From Desulfatiglandales bacterium (GTDB lineage: Bacteria; Desulfobacterota; DSM-4660; Desulfatiglandales; HGW-15), in the NCBI GenBank assembly GCA_963667015.2, contig CAXXJJ010000001.1:928001-992000 (forward strand): DNA of 64,000 nt, given 5' to 3'. Numbering within the stretch: position 1 is the stretch's first letter; each line of letters starts with the position of its first letter. The notes beneath the pieces were generated by a model. That model was not told the DNA's origin. It worked only from the letters and a program-made list of their open reading frames with translations, and ran no database searches. This document shows, piece after piece, positions 10,569 through 19,773 of the stretch. A program made the translations under genes and the position numbers.

Positions 10569-12395
10569 ATGTGTGGAATAGTCTGTTATGTGGGTAATAA
10601 TAAGGCAAAACCTCTTCTGATAGAGGGTCTGAAAAGACTGGAATACAGAGGCTACGATTCTTCAGGTATAGCTGTGCAGGATACAGACAAGATGGATTAC
10701 TACCGTGCCCTGGGAAAGATTGCGGAGCTTGAAAAGAAGACCCATGGGCTTGAGATAAACGGTACAACAGGTATTGCACATACCAGGTGGGCTACCCATG
10801 GTGAGCCTTCTGAAAAGAATGCCCATCCTCACTGTGATATGGATGAAAAGATTTTTGTTATCCATAATGGGATTATTGAAAATTATCAGGCAATAAAGAA
10901 AAAACTAGGGAAAAAAGGAGTGGTATTCAAAAGTGAAACAGATACCGAAGTCCTTGCCCATTTAATATCCGATTATTTTGATGGCGATCTCAGTGAAGCC
11001 GTACGAAAGGCCATGTCAAAGGTAGAAGGTACCTTCGGAATGGCAATTTTACACAAGGATATTCCCGGCCAGATTGTTGTGGCAAGGAGAGGAAGTCCTT
11101 TGGTAATCGGTGTCGGCGAAGACGGTAATTTTGCCGCCTCTGATGTGTCCGCCATGGTGAGATATACCAAAAACGTTATCCACCTTGATGACAACGAACT
11201 TGCGGTCATAACCAGGGATAATGTATCCATTTCTACTGCCCAGGCTACTGCTGTTACAAGAGAGGCAGAAACCGTTGAATGGTCAGCCGAAGATGTTGAA
11301 CTGGACGGGTTTCCCCATTTTATGTTGAAGGAGATATTCGAACAGCCTGAAACAATCAGGAATGCCATGAGAGGCAGGCTTGAAAAGGGAGAGGGTGTAC
11401 CGAAACTTGGCGGAATAATGCCCGTATGGGAGAAGCTAAAAGATTCCAGGCACATAGTAATCGTTGCCTGCGGAACATCATATTATTCCGGATGTGTGGG
11501 AAGGTATGTGTTTGAAAAATTGACGGAGATTGATGTAGAGGTTGAACTGGCATCAGAATTCCGTTACCGAAAACTGAATTTTCCTCCCAATACATTTATT
11601 ATTGCCATGAGCCAGTCCGGAGAAACAGCTGACACCCTTGCGGCCATGAGGGAAGCAAGGCGAAAAGGCGCCAATCTTTTAGGAATAGTCAATGTGGTTG
11701 ACAGTTCCATCGCCCGTGAGACAGATGCCGGCGTTTACAACCATGCAGGTCCTGAAATAGGTGTTGCGTCCACTAAAATATTTATATCTCAGCTTACCAT
11801 ACTGACACTTCTGGCTATTCTGCTCGGCCGGCACCAGAATTTATCTCTTACCGATGGTGTAGAAGCAATCAGGGCCATGGAGGCACTGCCCGAACAGGTA
11901 CAATGGATACTCTCCAAGGCAAACCTGATTGAGGCGATTGCTGAAAAATATCACCAAAAAAGCAACTGGCTTTACCTTGGAAGAAAGTATGAATATCCAA
12001 TCGCCATGGAAGGCGCGCTTAAGCTGAAAGAAATTTCATACATACATGCAGAAGGTTATGCTGCCGGTGAAATGAAGCATGGCCCCATAGCCCTTATAAA
12101 TCCTGAGATGCCTACAGTGGCAATTGCTCCAAGGGACTCCATGTATGAAAAGATGATCAGCAATATCCAGGAGATAAAGAGCCGGAGAGGTCCGATCATT
12201 GCAATAGGTACAGAGGGAGATACATTGCTCAAAGAGATGGTTGATGATTTTATAGAGATACCTGAAACACTGGATTTTCTTTACCCCATCCTCGCTGTTG
12301 TTCCCTGTCAGCTGCTGTCCTATTATTGCGCGCTGCTCCTGAAAAGGGACATTGATAAACCGAGAAACCTTGCAAAGAGCGTGACGGTTGAATAG
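10569..12395 (+). CDS. glmS: Glutamine--fructose-6-phosphate aminotransferase
   Basis: MCGI N-terminus, EYRGYDS, HTRWATHG, SQSGETADT, C-terminal PRNLAKSVTVE. Confidence 0.97.
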   Translation: MCGIVCYVGNNKAKPLLIEGLKRLEYRGYDSSGIAVQDTDKMDYYRALGKIAELEKKTHGLEINGTTGIAHTRWATHGEPSEKNAHPHCDMDEKIFVIHNGIIENYQAIKKKLGKKGVVFKSETDTEVLAHLISDYFDGDLSEAVRKAMSKVEGTFGMAILHKDIPGQIVVARRGSPLVIGVGEDGNFAASDVSAMVRYTKNVIHLDDNELAVITRDNVSISTAQATAVTREAETVEWSAEDVELDGFPHFMLKEIFEQPETIRNAMRGRLEKGEGVPKLGGIMPVWEKLKDSRHIVIVACGTSYYSGCVGRYVFEKLTEIDVEVELASEFRYRKLNFPPNTFIIAMSQSGETADTLAAMREARRKGANLLGIVNVVDSSIARETDAGVYNHAGPEIGVASTKIFISQLTILTLLAILLGRHQNLSLTDGVEAIRAMEALPEQVQWILSKANLIEAIAEKYHQKSNWLYLGRKYEYPIAMEGALKLKEISYIHAEGYAAGEMKHGPIALINPEMPTVAIAPRDSMYEKMISNIQEIKSRRGPIIAIGTEGDTLLKEMVDDFIEIPETLDFLYPILAVVPCQLLSYYCALLLKRDIDKPRNLAKSVTVE

Positions 12396-12413
12396 GTAGC
12401 CGAATCAGCTCTG

Positions 12414-13016
12414 ATGCATACATCAGCAATTCCGGAAAGGAACCGCCTGGCTGTAAGTATTGTTAAACTGGCGTCCAGGGCCTTCCTTTCCCCTTTCTTT
12501 AAATTAAACATCAGGGGGATAGAAAATATTCCCGCAAACAAATCATTTGTTCTGCTTCCCAAGCATCAGCGCTGGGAAGATATTCCCCTGATTGCCATAT
12601 CAATTGAAAGACCATTATACTTTGTTGCCAAACAGGAATTGTTTAATAATTTCCTTTCTAAAAGGATAATTGCAATGCTTGGAGGGCTCCCCCTGAATAG
12701 AGAAAAACCGAATAGAAGCCGGTTTACTTTTTCAACGGTTTTACATAAGCTTGAGCAGAAAGAAGGTGTGGTAGTTTTTCCTGAGGGCACATATTATAAA
12801 AACCATATGGGGTCGGGGCATACAGGTTTTATCAGGATGATCTATACAAATGTAAAAACAGTATTTTTGCCGGCAGGTATCAAATACAGTAATGCCTTTG
12901 GGAGAAAATTGGTTGATATTACCTTTGGCAAACCCGTAGGGAATAATAATTTCAATAATCCAAAGGAATTGCTGGATTATATAATGAATGAAATTGCCGG
13001 GTTATCCAGCTTATAA
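12414..13016 (+). CDS. Lysophospholipid acyltransferase (PlsC family)
   Basis: HQRWED (HX4D), FVAKQEL and VFPEGT motifs. Confidence 0.85.
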   Translation: MHTSAIPERNRLAVSIVKLASRAFLSPFFKLNIRGIENIPANKSFVLLPKHQRWEDIPLIAISIERPLYFVAKQELFNNFLSKRIIAMLGGLPLNREKPNRSRFTFSTVLHKLEQKEGVVVFPEGTYYKNHMGSGHTGFIRMIYTNVKTVFLPAGIKYSNAFGRKLVDITFGKPVGNNNFNNPKELLDYIMNEIAGLSSL

Positions 13017-13034
13017 GGTAATTAATATATTGAA

Positions 13035-13176
13035 GAGCCAGTTTCAAAACGCCCGATTTTGAGCAATATCTGTGTCAGGCTCAAATTATAATCCTCAAAA
13101 TACTACGTGTATTCCTGTGGTTATAATTTTCGTCTTCCTTGCTCTTGCTCAAACTTAAACGTTTTGAAACTACCTC
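13035..13176. mobile_element. MITE-like element (142 bp) with terminal IRs and a 4-bp target duplication
   Basis: GAGCCAGTTTCAAAACG ... CGTTTTGAAACTACCTC, flanked by TGAA on both sides; inner IRs TTTGAGCAA/TTGCTCAAA and AAATTATAA/TTATAATTT. Confidence 0.75.
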
Positions 13177-13220
13177 TGAATATCTTCCGGTAAACCATAA
13201 ATGTTATAAGGGAGTTTATT

Positions 13221-14456
13221 ATGGCTGATGATGTTAAGGTATCTAAAATAATAGATGGGTATAAGGATGAAATAATCTCTTTACAGTCCGAGCTGACGGA
13301 AAAAGTTGCCCTTTGCCCTGAAAATGGGGGAACGGGTGAGCATGAAAAGGCCGAATATCTTAAGAAACTGTTTGAAGGAATGAATCCTGACAGCATGCTG
13401 GAGATTAATGCCCCTGATGACAGGGCGCAGGATGGGTACCGGCCGAATATCGTAGCCAGATGGGGTAAAGATGATAATAAACCTGTTATATGGGTTTTAA
13501 GCCATATGGATATTGTTCCCCCAGGGGATCTGTCTCTCTGGGACAGTGATCCTTATATAGTAAGGGTGGATGGCGATAAAATAATAGGACGTGGTGTTGA
13601 GGACAATCAGCATGGTATTGTCACTTCCTGCCTGGCTCTAAAGGCGGTTCTGGAATCCGGCCAGGAACATAATAATATCGGCCTCATTATGGTAGCCGAC
13701 GAGGAGACAGGCAGTAAATACGGTCTGGATTATATTGTTAAAAACCATAAGGGAATATTTAAAGAAAGCGACCTTATTATAGTGCCGGACTGGGGTGTTG
13801 AGGATGGATCAATGATAGAAGTAGCTGAGAAATCCATGCTGTGGCTCAAGTTTACAGTGAAAGGACTGCAATGTCATGCAAGTACGCCGGAAAGGGGAAA
13901 TAACAGTCTTTTTGGCTCCGCAAGGCTCATCATAGAGCTTGATCAGTTAAAAAGAAAATATGGTATAACTGATGAACTTTTTTCACCGCCCGTTTCGACC
14001 TTTGAATGCACAAAAATAGAAGCCAATGTTCCTAATGTAAATACTATTCCCGGTAAAGACGTGTTTTATATGGACTGCAGGATTCTTCCTACCTATAAAG
14101 TTGATGAAATACTCAAGTCTGTAAAAGAAATTACCGATAGGGTCGGTGAAGAGTTAAATCTTGGCATATCAATCGAGACAGTAAACAGAGAAGATGCATC
14201 TAATCCGACCCCCACTGATGCCCCTGTGGTAAAGGCGTTAATAAGGGCAATAAAGAAGGTAAAGGGAGTTGATGCCTCAACCATGGGAATAGGGGGAGGA
14301 ACGGTCTCATCCTTTTTCCGCAGGGCCGGATTCAATGCCGCGGTATGGAGCACATGTTTCGATGTTGCACATCAGCCAAATGAATATTGCAGGATAACTG
14401 ATATTATTGAAGATACGAAGGTGTTTGCATCAATTTTTCTGGATGGCAGTATTTAA
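13221..14456 (+). CDS. M20 metallopeptidase (DapE/ArgE-like desuccinylase family)
   Basis: SHMDIVPPG, GRGVEDN, ADEETGS, GGGT and AHQPNE motifs. Confidence 0.88.
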   Translation: MADDVKVSKIIDGYKDEIISLQSELTEKVALCPENGGTGEHEKAEYLKKLFEGMNPDSMLEINAPDDRAQDGYRPNIVARWGKDDNKPVIWVLSHMDIVPPGDLSLWDSDPYIVRVDGDKIIGRGVEDNQHGIVTSCLALKAVLESGQEHNNIGLIMVADEETGSKYGLDYIVKNHKGIFKESDLIIVPDWGVEDGSMIEVAEKSMLWLKFTVKGLQCHASTPERGNNSLFGSARLIIELDQLKRKYGITDELFSPPVSTFECTKIEANVPNVNTIPGKDVFYMDCRILPTYKVDEILKSVKEITDRVGEELNLGISIETVNREDASNPTPTDAPVVKALIRAIKKVKGVDASTMGIGGGTVSSFFRRAGFNAAVWSTCFDVAHQPNEYCRITDIIEDTKVFASIFLDGSI

Positions 14457-15549
14457 TAAAAAAGACGAAGGCCGAATAACTGACCTGCTCAATCTGGGAG
14501 TGGATACAAATGTATTTCCCGGAGCGGTGCTATTGATTGCACAGGGAGGTCAAATTATATTTTTAAAGGCTGCAGGGTTTCTATCTACCGTATCGCCTCA
14601 AATAGAAACAAAGACAGACAGTATATATGACCTTGCATCATTAACAAAGCCATTTGCAACGACGCTCGCGATTATGGGACTGGTGGATCAGGGAATTATC
14701 CGGCTTGATACGAGGCTGGGCGAAATAATCCCTGTCCCTGATGATAAACAGGATATTTCAATTCGTTTGTTATTATGTCATTCATCAGGTCTTCCTGACT
14801 GGAAACCATATTACTATGAACTGCTGAAGCATGCACCTGATGACAGAAAAAATATTTTGAGGCAATGGGTCTTAAATGAAGCACTTGAATACTCTCCCGG
14901 TACAAACTCAAAATACAGTGATCTTGGCTTTATGCTGCTTGAGTGGATAATTGAAGAATCATCAGGGATGAAAATGCATGAACTGCTGTCGGAATACTAC
15001 TATAGTCCCTTGAGTTTAAAACGTACTTTTTTCACAAATAAAAAGGTTCCATTCAGTCTAAAAGAGATGGCCGCAACAGAGGACTGCCCCTGGAGAAAAA
15101 GGATTATACATGGAGAGGTGCATGACGAAAATGCATATGCCCTTGGGGGGTATTCCGGCCATGCCGGCCTCTTCGGATGTGCTGAAGATGTTTTTACATT
15201 ATTAAATATGTTGAGGGAGCACTATTATTTTAAAAGAAGTGATTTCTTCAAGCCTGAAACAGTAAGGCAGTTTTTCAGTAGACAAAATGTTTACAGGGAC
15301 AGTACCTGGGCGCTTGGCTGGGACACTCCCTCGTCTGAAGGATCCAGTTCCGGCGAATATTTTTCTCCTGAGAGTATTGGTCACCTTGGTTTTACCGGGA
15401 CCTCGGTTTGGGCGGATCTGGAGAAGGATGTAATGGTTGTTTTACTCTCAAACCGGGTACACAGGTCAAGAGAAAATATAAAAATCAGGGTGTTCAGGCC
15501 GGAACTTCATAATTTGATTATGGAGAGTATTATGAGTAAAAAAAACTGA
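14443..15549 (+). CDS. Serine hydrolase, beta-lactamase (class C-like) family
   Basis: YDLASLTKP (SxxK), YSDLGF, GEVHDENA..GHAGLF and GHLGFTGT motifs. Confidence 0.88.
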   Translation: MAVFNKKDEGRITDLLNLGVDTNVFPGAVLLIAQGGQIIFLKAAGFLSTVSPQIETKTDSIYDLASLTKPFATTLAIMGLVDQGIIRLDTRLGEIIPVPDDKQDISIRLLLCHSSGLPDWKPYYYELLKHAPDDRKNILRQWVLNEALEYSPGTNSKYSDLGFMLLEWIIEESSGMKMHELLSEYYYSPLSLKRTFFTNKKVPFSLKEMAATEDCPWRKRIIHGEVHDENAYALGGYSGHAGLFGCAEDVFTLLNMLREHYYFKRSDFFKPETVRQFFSRQNVYRDSTWALGWDTPSSEGSSSGEYFSPESIGHLGFTGTSVWADLEKDVMVVLLSNRVHRSRENIKIRVFRPELHNLIMESIMSKKN

Positions 15550-15561
15550 ATTTTAATCGGT

Positions 15562-15591
15562 TTGACATTATATTAAATTGCCTGTTATATT
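15562..15591 (+). promoter_or_regulatory. Possible sigma-70 promoter for the TPR gene
   Basis: TTGACA (15562-15567), 17-18 nt spacer, TTATAT/TATATT. Confidence 0.4.
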
Positions 15592-15668
15592 AAAAACTTA
15601 TTAGCCTTATAACAAAGATATAAAGTCAGCTGTATTATGTAAATACTATCTGAGGAGACAGCTAAAAA

Positions 15669-17984
15669 ATGGAAATGAAAAGTTCAAACATTAAAAAGCA
15701 TTACTTAAAATTATTGATGGCTCTTATTCTTGCGGTATTCGTGTCCGGATGCGGAAGCAAAGAAGAAAAGATGGAAAAGCATCTGGCAAAGGCAAAAGAA
15801 TACATAGCCAGTAATGAACTGAAAAAGGCGGTAATTGAGCTGAAAAATGTTATTCAGCTGGAGCCTAAAAACGATGCCGCCCACTATGAACTGGGCGAAA
15901 CCTATCTGAAGCTGAATGAGGCTAGAGAGGCATTTCAGTCATTTTCAAGGGCAGTCTCAATCAATCCTGAAAACCTTGAAGCTCAATTGAAAGTCGGGCA
16001 GATCCTGTTGCTGAGCAAACAGACAAAAGAGGCAAAGGAAAAAGCCGGGATAGTACTGGCTAAAAATCCGGAAAGTGTAGAGGCCTTAAGTCTGATGGCT
16101 GGAGCCTGCATGCAGGAAAAGGATCTGGACTCGGCGCTGTCAACCCTTTTAAAGGCGGCAGAAGTGGATCCCAGTCATTTTAATACTCAGATCTCTCTTG
16201 GAAGGATTTACCTGTTAAAAAAAGATCTGGAAAATTCCGAGAAGTCCTTTGAGGCGGCTAAAAGTCTGGATCCAAAGGACAGGCTGTCCTATGTAGAGCT
16301 TTCAAGAATCTACGGCAGAAAAGGAGAATGGCAAAAAGCGGAACAGCAATTGCTTGAGATGCTGGAATCAGTGGATTCCAGATATCAGAGCCTTAATGTG
16401 CTGGCGGGATTTTACGAGAGCAGAGACAGGATAGCTGATGCCGAAAAGAGATATATGGAAGCTGTTGAGCTGGCGCCTGCAGAGGATGTAGTTCCGCTTA
16501 TGAACCTGGGTGCCTTTTATGCCCGCCAAAAATCATACGAAAAGTCTCTAGAAACACTTGAAAAGGCCTATGCCATTAAAAAAGACGACATAAATATCCT
16601 AATGAATATTGCTCGGCTGAATTTTGACTTTTCTAAACTCGATGCTGCAGAGGAAACAGTAAATAAGATACTTGAAATTGATTCAGGTCATATCGGAGCC
16701 AATTACCTCAAGGGCCGGCTCTATCTGGTAAAAAGAGATTTTGAAAACGCCCTGGAGAAATTTGAGATCGTTCTGAATGATCAGCCCGATAATGCGGCTG
16801 CTCATTATTTAAAGGGATTATGCCTTATAGGTAAAGGTGAACTGACGCTGGCAAAGAGCAGCCTGCTGAAGGCTGTTGAGCTTAATCCGAGGCTCGTGGA
16901 GGCCCGGCTCATCCTTGCAGATTTTTATATAAGGGAGAGAGATAAAGAGCTCGCAAAGACACAAATAGACAGTGTCCTGGAAATCCTTCCTGAAAATATA
17001 CAGGCATTAACCCTTCTCGGAAACCTTAAAATACTTGAAAGGGATGCAAAGGGCGCTGAAGAGGCATATAAAAAGGTAATTGAGTTAACACCTGACAGTG
17101 CTGCCGCATATATGAGACTGGGAATGCTCTATAATGTATCCGGCAGGCTGGAAGATGCAAAAAAGAATTTAGTCAAAACAATGGAACTTGATCCTGAAAG
17201 TATAGATGCCCTTGGCATGCTGGTCGGGATTCATGTTAAGGAGAAAAACTACAAAAAGGCGATGGATCTTTGTTCCGAGTATAAAAAACAGAACAGCGGC
17301 AATAAATCTTTACTGGCAAGGGTTGAATATCTGCAGGGCAGTATTTATCTGCAGCAGGAAAATTTTAATGAGGCAAGAACGCATTTTGAAAAGGCAGTTG
17401 AGATAGAACCGAATCTTCTTGCACCATATGAAACACTCGCAAAACTGTCCCTGCGCGAAAAGAATTATGAAGATGCAATATCCAGGTACGAGACAATACT
17501 GGCAAAAAATCCGGAGTTTCTGGCTGGATATATGGCCATTGGTACCATTTATGACCAGCAGGGAAATAAAGAAAAGGCGGAAGAGTATTACAGGAAGGCT
17601 TTAAAGATTAAAGAGGATTTTGGAGCTGCAGCCAATAACCTTGCCTGGAGACTGGCAGAAAAAGGTGAGAATATAGATGAGGCCTTGAAGTATGCAAGAA
17701 TTGCAAAGGAACAGATGCCTAAAAATCCATCGGTTATGGATACGCTGGGTTGGATCTATTATCTTAAGGGCAGCTATCTGAACGCAATTTCGGAACTTCG
17801 GGACAGTGTCGAACTTGTTCCGGATAACCCGATTATTAATTATCACCTGGGTATGGCCTTTTACAAAAATAATAAACCGGATGGGGCAGGTGAATATCTG
17901 AAAAAGGCATTGGAGCTGGATCCGGAGTTTAGCGGGGCGGATGAAGCAAAAAAGGTGCTGAAAGAGATTGAAACAACTCCTTGA
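15669..17984 (+). CDS. TPR-repeat lipoprotein, PrsT-like (PEP-CTERM system)
   Basis: Lipobox VSGC, many TPR repeats, C-terminal NNLAW...DTLGWIYY; lies at the head of the exosortase locus. Confidence 0.8.
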   Translation: MEMKSSNIKKHYLKLLMALILAVFVSGCGSKEEKMEKHLAKAKEYIASNELKKAVIELKNVIQLEPKNDAAHYELGETYLKLNEAREAFQSFSRAVSINPENLEAQLKVGQILLLSKQTKEAKEKAGIVLAKNPESVEALSLMAGACMQEKDLDSALSTLLKAAEVDPSHFNTQISLGRIYLLKKDLENSEKSFEAAKSLDPKDRLSYVELSRIYGRKGEWQKAEQQLLEMLESVDSRYQSLNVLAGFYESRDRIADAEKRYMEAVELAPAEDVVPLMNLGAFYARQKSYEKSLETLEKAYAIKKDDINILMNIARLNFDFSKLDAAEETVNKILEIDSGHIGANYLKGRLYLVKRDFENALEKFEIVLNDQPDNAAAHYLKGLCLIGKGELTLAKSSLLKAVELNPRLVEARLILADFYIRERDKELAKTQIDSVLEILPENIQALTLLGNLKILERDAKGAEEAYKKVIELTPDSAAAYMRLGMLYNVSGRLEDAKKNLVKTMELDPESIDALGMLVGIHVKEKNYKKAMDLCSEYKKQNSGNKSLLARVEYLQGSIYLQQENFNEARTHFEKAVEIEPNLLAPYETLAKLSLREKNYEDAISRYETILAKNPEFLAGYMAIGTIYDQQGNKEKAEEYYRKALKIKEDFGAAANNLAWRLAEKGENIDEALKYARIAKEQMPKNPSVMDTLGWIYYLKGSYLNAISELRDSVELVPDNPIINYHLGMAFYKNNKPDGAGEYLKKALELDPEFSGADEAKKVLKEIETTP

Positions 17985-18059
17985 TCAGGAATATCTTAAT
18001 AAAGATACTGGCCGCTGGATGCTTGATACTTGTGAAAACTTGAAAATAAGACAGATCAT

Positions 18060-18087
18060 GATTCCCCGGCTTGCCTGCCGGGGAATC
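18060..18087. repeat. Perfect 11-bp hairpin (REP-like or terminator)
   Basis: GATTCCCCGGC-TTGCCT-GCCGGGGAATC. Confidence 0.6.
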
Positions 18088-18215
18088 CAGTGTTTTAAGT
18101 AAGAAGAATGATATGGTATAAGGTGCTCAAGTTTGAATATTATATCCCGTTTTACATTTTCGGTTTTATGTTTGGCGGCTCTAAAATTCAATTGCCTGCT
18201 AACATTGATTAAAAT

Positions 18216-19367
18216 ATGAAAAATTTCCCTTTTAAAATACTATTTCTTTGTATCTTTTTACCCCCGGTATTATATATTTTTACCATTGACGGGCTTGAAT
18301 ATTATTTGTTTAAAAATGCTCAGGCTAAAATTGAGGCCATAATCATACAGAATGACGATGAATTATATGCAGGAAAATATTCTGTAAGGGAAGAAATAAA
18401 TCATAATATCCGTTCTTACATTGAGAACAAGTCATTCTGGTATGATCTGGGAATAAGTACTGATATTCTAATTAAAACAAAGAATAATAAAATCTTGTAT
18501 CCGCCGGATTTAAGCGAGATACAAGATGAATTTCAGCAGGGCATGTCTCATAATCCAAATTATATGGATGTTGCTGAGGAAAATTATAAAATACTGGATG
18601 GTCTTGTGCCTGTTATCGATGTCAGGATAAGACAGAACAGCTGGCTTGCAAACGGAATACTTGTTTTTTACATCGTAATAGCGTTAATAATCCTTAGGTT
18701 CTTCATCAAAAAGAATATAAAGCTCAATGAAGAAATAGAGGAAGAGCATATTAAAAAAATAAAAGAATTGTCAGATGAACTTCTTTCATTTGAAAATGAG
18801 TTATCAAAGATAAAAGATAAAGAGAGGGATTACTCTGAAAATATAGAAAAATTAAACCTGGAAAAGAAAACACTTTCATCGGATATAGATGAACTTCTGG
18901 AAGAGATGGAAAGGCTGGAAGATGGCCTTAAGTCACAGAAAGAGCTGAGAGAAAAAAGGGAGGATGAGATTAACTCCCTTAAGAATGAGATTGAAAGTGT
19001 CAGGCTTAAGAGTGAAAAGCCAAAAAAGAAATCGAAAAAACAGGAGACAGTAGATAAGAGATTCAGGGTATTATATAAAAATGTTATATTTACTGAAAAG
19101 GCAATAGATGGTTTTTTATCCCTTTCCGATGAGTTTCAGCTTAAGGCAGAAGAAATTATCCACCGGATAAATGCGGACGATTCAACTGTGAATATTAAAA
19201 GAAAAGTCTTCAGTAAAGGCGGAAAAATAAATGTTCTGGAAGTTGATTTTGCATATTCAGGGAGAATATATTACCAGAAGGATAAGACAAAAAGCACAAT
19301 AGCCGTAATCGGCACAAAAAAAACACAACCTCAGGACCTCGCTTTTTTAGAAAGAGAATATAATTGA
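18216..19367 (+). CDS. Membrane protein: TM, extracytoplasmic region, TM, coiled coil, C-terminal RelE/ParE-like domain
   Basis: Two hydrophobic segments, E/K-rich coiled coil, C-terminus VIFTEKA...GRIYY...IGTKKTQPQDL. Confidence 0.6.
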   Translation: MKNFPFKILFLCIFLPPVLYIFTIDGLEYYLFKNAQAKIEAIIIQNDDELYAGKYSVREEINHNIRSYIENKSFWYDLGISTDILIKTKNNKILYPPDLSEIQDEFQQGMSHNPNYMDVAEENYKILDGLVPVIDVRIRQNSWLANGILVFYIVIALIILRFFIKKNIKLNEEIEEEHIKKIKELSDELLSFENELSKIKDKERDYSENIEKLNLEKKTLSSDIDELLEEMERLEDGLKSQKELREKREDEINSLKNEIESVRLKSEKPKKKSKKQETVDKRFRVLYKNVIFTEKAIDGFLSLSDEFQLKAEEIIHRINADDSTVNIKRKVFSKGGKINVLEVDFAYSGRIYYQKDKTKSTIAVIGTKKTQPQDLAFLEREYN

Positions 19368-19377
19368 TTGTTTCAAC

Positions 19378-19767
19378 ATGCAAAGAAGGAAAAATAAAAT
19401 GGGCACAGAAGCAAAAACTATTTTAATAATTGAGGATGATCTTGATGTTTTGTCTGCCTTTGTTAAACATTTTAAATACCTTGGATATGATGTAATTATT
19501 GCGACAGATGGCATGGACGGCCTGAAAAAAATAGAAGCCGGTGGATATGATCTTGTTATAACTGATATTGTAATGCCGTTTGTCAGTGGCGTAGGGGTTG
19601 TTACAACTCTAAAGGAAAAGAAACCGGAAATCCCTGTAATAGCTATTACAGGTTATGGCAAAGAGCCTGAGTCCGCAGTCATGGAAAAAAAAGCGGATAT
19701 TGTTTTGCCTAAACCGGTAAAAATGGCCGTGTTGAAAGAACATGTTGAGAAACTTCTAAAAAGATAG
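19378..19767 (+). CDS. Single-domain response regulator (start possibly 19399)
   Basis: IIEDD, ITDIVMP, ITG and KP receiver motifs. Confidence 0.9.
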   Translation: MQRRKNKMGTEAKTILIIEDDLDVLSAFVKHFKYLGYDVIIATDGMDGLKKIEAGGYDLVITDIVMPFVSGVGVVTTLKEKKPEIPVIAITGYGKEPESAVMEKKADIVLPKPVKMAVLKEHVEKLLKR

Positions 19768-19773
19768 TTAAGC

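Noticed and set aside
14443..15549. Antibiotic-resistance beta-lactamase
   Set aside because: Generic SxxK serine hydrolase in a housekeeping context without a signal peptide; nothing supports resistance function.
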